Part shown: positions 25,491-31,494 of the stretch, one piece after another
How the letters are laid out: each line of letters opens with the position of its first letter
How positions within the stretch are numbered: the first letter of the stretch is position 1
Assembly: GCA_029880025.1 (NCBI GenBank)
Contig: JAOUPE010000001.1
Coordinates: 1-31,494, forward strand
Length of the DNA stretch: 31,494 bases
Direction of reading: 5' to 3'
Source: a candidate division WOR-3 bacterium
Lineage (GTDB): Bacteria; Hydrothermota; Tepidihabitantia; Tepidihabitantales; JAOUPE01
The notes under the pieces: model-generated
Databases searched by the model: none
Told to the model about the DNA's origin: nothing
The model's input: only the letters and a program-made list of their open reading frames with translations
Translations under genes and position numbers: made by a program

Positions 25491-26141
25491 ATGAAAATCT
25501 TCATCGACTCAGCGGATATCAATGAAATCAAAGAAGTTGCAAGTTGGGGAATTTTAGACGGTGTCACTACTAACCCAACCTTGGTTTGCAAAACCGGTAG
25601 AAGTTTTGAAGAATGCGTGAGTGATATCAGTAAAATAGTCGACGGCTCAATCTCAGTCGAAGCGATCAGTACTGATGCCGAAGGCATGGTGAAAGAAGGT
25701 GTGGAATGGGCAAAAGTGAACCCGAAGAATATCACGATTAAAATCCCGATGTCGATTGAAGGGTTAAAAGCGGTAAAGGGGTTAAGGGCAAAGAAAATAA
25801 TGACTAATGTTACTTTGGTGTTTAGTCCGAACCAGGCGCTTTTAGCTGCCAAAGCCGGGGCCACTTTCATCAGTCCGTTTGTTGGTCGGCTCGATGATAT
25901 TTCTCATTTTGGTATGGAAATCGTAGGCGATATCGTGCAAATCCTTAAAAATTATGAATTTGATACCGAAGTGATTGTTGCCAGTGTCCGAAATCCATTA
26001 CACGTGGTTGAAGCAGTTCGTATGGGAGCTCATATCGCGACGATTCCGTTCAAAGTTTTGAAACAGATGGTTGAACATCCACTCACTGATATTGGAATCA
26101 AAAAGTTCTTTGAAGATTATAAGAAAATACCAAAGAAATGA
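25491..26141 (+). CDS. tal: Transaldolase / fructose-6-phosphate aldolase (short TalC/FSA type)
   Basis: [18 protein letters not shown] (Schiff-base Lys), [16 protein letters not shown]; start ATG 25491 after AGGAGG. Confidence 0.93.
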   Translation: MKIFIDSADINEIKEVASWGILDGVTTNPTLVCKTGRSFEECVSDISKIVDGSISVEAISTDAEGMVKEGVEWAKVNPKNITIKIPMSIEGLKAVKGLRAKKIMTNVTLVFSPNQALLAAKAGATFISPFVGRLDDISHFGMEIVGDIVQILKNYEFDTEVIVASVRNPLHVVEAVRMGAHIATIPFKVLKQMVEHPLTDIGIKKFFEDYKKIPKK

Positions 26142-26217
26142 TTACCGTGTTTAGAGAACGATTACAGCAAATTTCAGGGTTTATCGAAGTAATCGTGATT
26201 CCATTGACACAATCATT
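26137..26217. repeat. Imperfect intergenic palindrome
   Basis: AATGATT..GTGT/ACAC-AATCATT outer stem and a perfect 8-bp ACGATTAC/GTAATCGT inner stem. Confidence 0.55.
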
Positions 26218-26232
26218 TAATTAGGAGGTTTG

Positions 26233-28377
26233 ATGCCGATTTTAGATTCAAAGACAGGAAAAATCAGAAAAGACTATACAGTTGAAGAATTAATTAATGC
26301 GGCAAAATTTATGCGCGGCCTCAATATGGTTGCGTTAGCTGCGGCTGGCTCCGGACATTCCGGTGGCACATTGTCAGCAATGGACATCACCGCCGCATTG
26401 TATCTTAAAGTTGCGCGACACGACCCCAAGAATCCATCTTGGGAAGACCGCGACCGTATCATCTGGTCAACCGGACATAAAGCACCATGTTTGTACTTAG
26501 GTTTAGGCACGGCGGGCTATTTTGATGTCGAAGAGGTGGTTCTTTTAAGAAAACTACATAGCCCGTACCAAGGTCATCCGCACTGGGTAAAATTGCCCGG
26601 AGTTGAGATTTCATCCGGTTCTTTAGGACAAGGACTTTCGGTCGGAATCGGAATTGCCCTTGCCGCTAAATTAGATAAGAAAGATTACCGGGTCTATGTG
26701 ATGAATGGCGATGGTGAACTCCAAGAGGGTCAGATTTGGGAAGCGGCGATGGAAGCAGGCAATTTCAAATTGGACAATCTCGTTTCCATCGTTGATAAAA
26801 ACCGACTCCAGATTGATGGTTGGGTCAAGGATGTTCAGGACATCGACCCGTTAAAAGAGAAATTCGAAAGTTTCAAATGGCATGCCATAGAAATTGATGG
26901 TCATAATATGCAAGAGATACTCGATGGACTGGAGCAGGCAAAGACGATAAAGGGAAAACCGACCGTAATCATCGCTCATACGACTAAAGGGAAATGTGTC
27001 GATTTTATGGAGGATATTGCTGGCTGGCACGGGAAGTCACCGAGCAAAGACCAATGTTATCAGGCACTGGAATGTATTGGCATAAAAGACGAATGCGTTG
27101 AGACGATGGCACAAAAGGACATCAGTCCTGAATCCGAAGAATATAAAAAACTGATGGAATGCTCGTTGGAAGAGTTGAGGCTAAAGGGAAAAATCGATGT
27201 TGCCAGGTTGTTCAAGAAAGCCAATGACTATCAAACGAAAGTAACCGCCGAGTTGATGGCGCGTGTGCCAAAATTCAGCCGAGACTATTTCTGGAACAAG
27301 AGCGATAAGATGAAGGTTAAGATGGACCCGACTCGATTCGGCTTTGGGCGGGCATTAGATGCACGGGGTGATGACCCAAGAGTGGTTTGTATTGGTGCCG
27401 ATATTTCGGGTTCAATCACGATTAGTCATTTCTTTGAGAAACATCCCGAGCGAAAAAATCGCTGGATTAGTGTCGGCATTGCTGAACAATCCGGTACTGC
27501 GTTAGCGGCTGGTTTAGCTAAAGAAGGGAAATTGCCGGTTTTCGGAACCTACGGTGTTTTTGCTGCCGGGCGAAATCTTGACCAGTTGCGAACCACGGTC
27601 TGCTATGGCAATTTTAACGTCTTTATCGCTGGTGCTCATGGCGGCGTCTCGGTTGGACCAGATGGTGCAACCCATCAGGCGTTGGAAGATTTGTTCCAGA
27701 TTTGTGGCTTGCCCAATATGCATTGTGAAGTGCCGTGCGATTCGCTTGAGACTCAGAAAGCGACTGAATATCTGTTGTTCGAACTGAAAGGACCAAAATT
27801 CTTAAGATTTGCCCGTGAGGCAACGCCGATTGTGACCAGACCAGAAACCCCTTATGTGTTTGGTAAAGCCAATGTGATACGTTATCGAGGCGAAAAGGAA
27901 AACTTTATCGACGCCTTCGAAACAGTGCTGGCAAGTGATTACAAAAACGAAAAGGAAGATTTAGCAATCATTGCTTGCGGACCCGAAGTACCAGAGGCAA
28001 TGCGAGCTGCCTATATATTGAAAGAAGATTTCGGTATCGAGACCCGAATCGTAAATGTGCATACCGTGAAACCCCTGGATAATGATGCAATTGTCAAAGC
28101 CGCTTTAGATGCCGGAATCGTGGTCACCGCCGAAGAACATCAAATCGGTGGTTTTGGTAACTGGGTAAGCAATGTGATTGCAACCGCGAAAGAGCTTTTT
28201 GGCAAAAAGGTGATAATGGGAATGATTGGAGTCAAAGACCGTTTTGGTGAATCCGGGCAGCCTTGGGAATTGATGTGGGAATTTGAAGTAAGTGGCGAAC
28301 ACATCGCCCAGATGGCAAAAGACCTGTACGATTTTACCCAAAAAAAGTCACGCGGTCGTAAAACCAAGAAAAGTTAA
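26233..28377 (+). CDS. tkt: Transketolase (N- and C-terminal subunit types fused)
   Basis: GHSGG, QGHP, SGSLGQG, GDGELQEG...N (ThDP motif), GIAEQ, GPDGATHQ. Confidence 0.92.
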   Translation: MPILDSKTGKIRKDYTVEELINAAKFMRGLNMVALAAAGSGHSGGTLSAMDITAALYLKVARHDPKNPSWEDRDRIIWSTGHKAPCLYLGLGTAGYFDVEEVVLLRKLHSPYQGHPHWVKLPGVEISSGSLGQGLSVGIGIALAAKLDKKDYRVYVMNGDGELQEGQIWEAAMEAGNFKLDNLVSIVDKNRLQIDGWVKDVQDIDPLKEKFESFKWHAIEIDGHNMQEILDGLEQAKTIKGKPTVIIAHTTKGKCVDFMEDIAGWHGKSPSKDQCYQALECIGIKDECVETMAQKDISPESEEYKKLMECSLEELRLKGKIDVARLFKKANDYQTKVTAELMARVPKFSRDYFWNKSDKMKVKMDPTRFGFGRALDARGDDPRVVCIGADISGSITISHFFEKHPERKNRWISVGIAEQSGTALAAGLAKEGKLPVFGTYGVFAAGRNLDQLRTTVCYGNFNVFIAGAHGGVSVGPDGATHQALEDLFQICGLPNMHCEVPCDSLETQKATEYLLFELKGPKFLRFAREATPIVTRPETPYVFGKANVIRYRGEKENFIDAFETVLASDYKNEKEDLAIIACGPEVPEAMRAAYILKEDFGIETRIVNVHTVKPLDNDAIVKAALDAGIVVTAEEHQIGGFGNWVSNVIATAKELFGKKVIMGMIGVKDRFGESGQPWELMWEFEVSGEHIAQMAKDLYDFTQKKSRGRKTKKS

Positions 28378-28389
28378 GAAGGAGGCAAG

Positions 28390-29556
28390 ATGCCTAAATT
28401 AGCCGAAAGAATGAAGCGGTTAGGCACCGAAACCGCTTTTGATGTTTTGCGTCGAGCCAAGGCATTGGAACAAACCGGAAAAGAAGTAATTCACTTAGAA
28501 ATCGGCGAACCGGATTTCGATACTCCTAAAAATATAAAAGAGGCAGCGAAAAAAGCATTGGATGAAGGTTGGACTCATTACGGTCCATCGGCTGGTTTGC
28601 CTGATTTTAAAGCATTAATTGCCCAGGAAGCAGGAAAACTTAGAAATACTAAATTCAATGCCGAACAGGTGGTGGTGACGCCGGGTGCTAAGCCGATAAT
28701 GGCATTCGCCATAATGGCAATCGTCGATGATGGTGATGAGGTGATTTATCCTAATCCGGGATTTCCGATTTATGAGTCAATGATCGAATTTATGGGTGGC
28801 AAGGCAGTACCGATTCAGTTGCGCGAGGAATTCGATTTCCGTTTGGATGTTAAAGAGTTTATCAAACTCGTAACCAAAAAGACCAAGATGATTATCGTCA
28901 ATTCACCCCAGAACCCGACTGGTGGAGTCTTGACTAAAGATGACTTAAAAGTGATTGCCGATATTGCCCGCAATAATGACATCTGGGTCTTGTCGGATGA
29001 AGTCTATTCCCGAATTATCTATGATTCCAAATTTGAGAGTATTGTTCAGTTCCCAGGATTAGAGGACCGGTTGATAATTCTTGATGGATTTTCTAAGACC
29101 TATGCGATGACCGGCTGGAGACTGGGTTATGGTATTATGCCGGAAACAATGGCGAATTGGCTGGCTCAGATTGAAACCAATGTCAATTCTTGCACCGCTT
29201 CATTTGTCCAAAGAGCCGGTATCGAGGGACTAAAAGGTCCTCAGGATGAACCAGCCCGGATGACTGCCGAATTTAAGAAACGACGCGATGTGATTGTTGA
29301 GGGATTGAATCAAATCAAAGGCATCTCCTGTAAAAATCCAAAGGGTGCCTTCTATGTCTTCCCCAATATCAAGAAGACCGGTATCAATGGCTCGGAACTG
29401 GCTGACCGGTTACTCAATGAAGCCGGAGTCGCCTGTCTGTCGGGCACCTGCTTTGGTAAATTTGGCGAAGGTTATATTCGATTCTCTTACGCTAATTCGG
29501 TCGAGAATATCAAAAAGGCATTAAGCAAAATCGAAGCGCTTTTAGGGAAAAAGTAA
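28390..29556 (+). CDS. PLP-dependent aminotransferase, class I/II (AspC-like)
   Basis: IGEPDF, NSPQNPTG, SDEVY, FSKTYAMTGWRLG (PLP Lys present). Confidence 0.93.
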   Translation: MPKLAERMKRLGTETAFDVLRRAKALEQTGKEVIHLEIGEPDFDTPKNIKEAAKKALDEGWTHYGPSAGLPDFKALIAQEAGKLRNTKFNAEQVVVTPGAKPIMAFAIMAIVDDGDEVIYPNPGFPIYESMIEFMGGKAVPIQLREEFDFRLDVKEFIKLVTKKTKMIIVNSPQNPTGGVLTKDDLKVIADIARNNDIWVLSDEVYSRIIYDSKFESIVQFPGLEDRLIILDGFSKTYAMTGWRLGYGIMPETMANWLAQIETNVNSCTASFVQRAGIEGLKGPQDEPARMTAEFKKRRDVIVEGLNQIKGISCKNPKGAFYVFPNIKKTGINGSELADRLLNEAGVACLSGTCFGKFGEGYIRFSYANSVENIKKALSKIEALLGKK

Positions 29557-29574
29557 ACCATCTACGCGGATTTA

Positions 29575-29607
29575 AAAACTGGCGGGGGTTAAACCCTCGC
29601 CAGTTTT
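29575..29607. terminator. Rho-independent terminator
   Basis: AAAACTGGCGGGGGT-TAA-ACCCTCGCCAGTTTT stem with A/T tracts on both sides. Confidence 0.8.
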
Positions 29608-29754
29608 ATTATTAACTACTTAACAAAGTTAAGTTTGTAATAGAATAGTTTTCAAAGCATAAACTGAACATTTTCAATCCGCAATCAATATTAGATGTCT
29701 TTTTGCAGGTAATTTTCAAAAAGGTGTTTAGGGGAAAATCGTAATTATTTATTT

Positions 29755-29805
29755 TGTAAGAAAATAAAACAAATCATTGACAGATTATCTTACATTCATT
29801 ATAAT
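29755..29805 (+). promoter_or_regulatory. Consensus sigma70 promoter with inverted-repeat operator
   Basis: TTGACA (29777)-17 nt-TATAAT (29800). TGTAAGAAAAT (29755-29765) and ATTATCTTACA (29784-29794) form a 10/11 inverted repeat straddling the -35. Confidence 0.7.
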
Positions 29806-29822
29806 AGACCAAAGGAGAAAAA

Positions 29823-30602
29823 GTGGATGCACTTGGTTCAAGAATAAAAAAATTAAGAGAGCAGTTAGGCATTAGCCAGCAGGATCTCGCTGATAAGTTT
29901 GGTGTTTCACGACCGACAATTTCTCAAATCGAATCCGGTGCGAGAAAGATTTGTGCGGAAGAGTTAAAGAAGTTAGCCGATATCTTCAATATTTCGGTTG
30001 ATGGTTTATTGAATCTGGAAAAGCCGCCGTTAGTGTTCGTTAGAGATAATAAAGAAACCTATAAGGCAAAGCCTGAGATTCGGATTAACGTGCCGCAAAA
30101 GAATTTAGAAAAATTCAAAGAGGTTTTTCTCTATGTTCTCAATAAAGTGGGTTCTAAGCCCAATATCGGGGAAACGGTCATTTATAAACTGCTCTATTTT
30201 ATTGACTTTGATTATTACGAAAAGTATGAGGAACAGTTAATTGGCGCTACTTATCTCAAAAATCGATATGGTCCGACACCAATCGAATTCGCAAAGATAG
30301 TCGAAAACCTGATTAAAGCAAAAGAGATTATAAAAGTCAAAGACAAGTATTTCACTTATCCTCAGACCAAGTATTTACCATTACGGAACCCAGACCTCAC
30401 CAAGTTAAAGGCAAGTGAAATTGCAATTATTGATAATGTTCTAAACCGCCTATCGGATAAGAATGCTAAAGAGGTAAGCGATTATTCGCACAATGATGTT
30501 CCGTGGCTTACGACTCAAGAGGGTAAAACAATTGAGTATGAATCGGTTTTCTATCGAACTACTCCTTATTCGGTAAGAGAATACAATGAACATATTCTAT
30601 GA
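29823..30602 (+). CDS. XRE-HTH + Panacea (DUF4065/SocA-like) antitoxin
   Basis: N-terminal HTH (ISQQDLADKFGVSRPTISQIESG); Panacea-type KLLYFID...YGP motifs and SHNDVPW. Confidence 0.8.
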   Translation: MDALGSRIKKLREQLGISQQDLADKFGVSRPTISQIESGARKICAEELKKLADIFNISVDGLLNLEKPPLVFVRDNKETYKAKPEIRINVPQKNLEKFKEVFLYVLNKVGSKPNIGETVIYKLLYFIDFDYYEKYEEQLIGATYLKNRYGPTPIEFAKIVENLIKAKEIIKVKDKYFTYPQTKYLPLRNPDLTKLKASEIAIIDNVLNRLSDKNAKEVSDYSHNDVPWLTTQEGKTIEYESVFYRTTPYSVREYNEHIL

Positions 30603-30963
30603 AATCAAAAGAATCCCTGAATTTGAAAAAGATTTAAAAAAATTACTTAAACGCTTCCGAACTCTCGAGGATGACCTTAAAATTTTCATTAATAAAGAAT
30701 TATATCTTTATCATAAACTCAAAATTGACAACAAGGGAGTCTTTCCACTTACTGATTTACCAAGCAAAATTCCTAAAGTCTACAAGGCAAAGAAATTCAC
30801 CTGTCGCTCTTTGAAGGGCAAGGGTGTTTTTTCGGGCATCCGGGTAATCTGCGCTTATTTCCCAGAATCAGATAAAATTGAATTAATCGAGATTTATTAT
30901 AAGGGCGATAAGGCAAACGAAGACCGAGCAAGAATAAAGAACTATTTAGATACTTATATTTAA
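30586..30963 (+). CDS. RelE/HigB-like toxin
   Basis: FEKDLKKLLKRF, KFTCRSLKGKG..SGIRVI, ELIEIYYKGDK; 17-nt overlap with the antitoxin gene. Confidence 0.65.
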   Translation: MNIFYEIKRIPEFEKDLKKLLKRFRTLEDDLKIFINKELYLYHKLKIDNKGVFPLTDLPSKIPKVYKAKKFTCRSLKGKGVFSGIRVICAYFPESDKIELIEIYYKGDKANEDRARIKNYLDTYI

Positions 30964-31034
30964 GTGAGCAGGGCAATACGCTATAATCTTTCTTCTTATC
31001 ATCGTAATACCTTTACCGCACTATTGGTGGAATT

Positions 31035-31175
31035 TGGGGAAACTGAGCTTGTCCAAAAACTCGCTTCATTCAGCAAGTGACTACTATATATATAGTATCT
31101 GATGCAATTAATAACACAACATATAGTAGTGATTTTACAAATTTTCCTAGTTTTTAGACAAACTCAGTGTCCCCA
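31035..31175. mobile_element. 141-bp MITE-like element with 27-bp terminal inverted repeats
   Basis: Left TGGGGAAACTGAGCTTGTCCAAAAACT vs right (reverse complement) TGGGGACACTGAGTTTGTCTAAAAACT, 24/27. Internal perfect 10-bp IR ACTACTATAT/ATATAGTAGT. No transposase and no clear TSD. Confidence 0.5.
31083..31129. promoter_or_regulatory. Two NrdR-box-like sites 31 bp apart
   Basis: ACACAACATATAGTAG (31114-31129) fits the consensus core; the 31083-31098 site has one core mismatch. Confidence 0.4.
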
Positions 31176-31339
31176 TAATATCCTGAGAGACCCGATTCGG
31201 AGGGAAGTTCCTCCTAAACAGAAGAGTGATTGTCGGAGAGGCTTCCAAGCCTCGATTCTTCTATTCCAGGACTGGGAAATTCTTCCTATATTGCAGAAAA
31301 AATAAGGGACATTTTGGAGCAATCCTTAGACTATGAGGC

Positions 31340-31399
31340 AGCCCCCTAAGTAGCCCCCTAGCCCGCCCCCTAAGCCACTCCCTAAGCCACCCCCTAGGC
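31340..31399. repeat. 5 x 12-bp imperfect C-rich tandem repeat
   Basis: AGCCCCCTAAGT, AGCCCCCTAGCC, CGCCCCCTAAGC, CACTCCCTAAGC, CACCCCCTAGGC, in exact 12-nt register. Confidence 0.85.
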
Positions 31400-31442
31400 G
31401 ATATACCCCCTCCCATACAGAAATTAAATATAAAAAATTAAA

Positions 31443-31455
31443 TATCAAATATTTA
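31443..31455 (+). promoter_or_regulatory. IHF-consensus site
   Basis: TATCAAATATTTA = WATCAANNNNTTR, preceded by an A-rich tract. Confidence 0.4.
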
Positions 31456-31494
31456 GAAGAAAATTTTGCTTGATTTTTGGTAAACCTTTAGGTA

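Noticed and set aside
43-28367. The many 60-155 aa ORFs antisense to or nested in well-supported genes
   Set aside because: Shadow ORFs without RBS, domain motifs or operon logic.
31036-31174. Tn3-family ends (GGGG termini)
   Set aside because: The IR is shorter than 38 bp, lacks the inner TAAG, and the 5-bp flanks (AATTT / ATAAT) are not duplicated.
31102-31305. 67-aa ORF at the right end (and 61-aa ORF at 25230-25415)
   Set aside because: No RBS or recognisable motif; both cross non-coding repeat elements.
31340-31399. CRISPR array or telomere-like repeat
   Set aside because: Units are 12 bp, directly adjacent, without spacers or cas genes; TTAGGG occurs only within a 12-mer inside the sequence.

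Overview
31.5 kb of bacterial chromosome with sigma70-type promoters and AGGAGG ribosome-binding sites. The Fe-S fumarase, rubredoxin and rubrerythrin-like genes suggest an anaerobe, and a predicted outer-membrane barrel suggests a diderm; lineage cannot be fixed from this window. Housekeeping genes: class I fumarate/tartrate hydratase alpha, MBL-fold hydrolase, TrpB2, dnaE, type II P-type ATPase, transaldolase, fused transketolase and an aminotransferase. Two accessory operons stand out. (1) 3525-10324 is a tightly coupled five-gene synthase-dependent exopolysaccharide operon: KaiC/RecA-like ATPase fused to a degenerate GGDEF domain, TPR plus beta-barrel exporter, PgaC/IcaA-like GT2, small membrane protein, and multi-domain CE4 deacetylase. 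(2) 15295-21232 is a 13-gene iron/sulfur/redox cluster: five tandem rubrerythrin-type ferritin-like genes, an IscS homologue lacking the PLP Schiff-base lysine (GHAFYGPKG) but keeping the active Cys, IscU, a double zinc-ribbon peptide missed by the ORF track, DsrE2, TusA, rubredoxin, a desulforedoxin-like peptide and an MTH1187-family protein. The right end has an HTH-Panacea(DUF4065)/RelE-like toxin-antitoxin pair, a 141-bp MITE-like inverted-repeat element with NrdR-like boxes, and a 5x12-bp C-rich tandem repeat. Several intergenic gaps hold long imperfect palindromes, and several genes look leaderless. All family assignments come from motif recognition by eye; no database searches were run.
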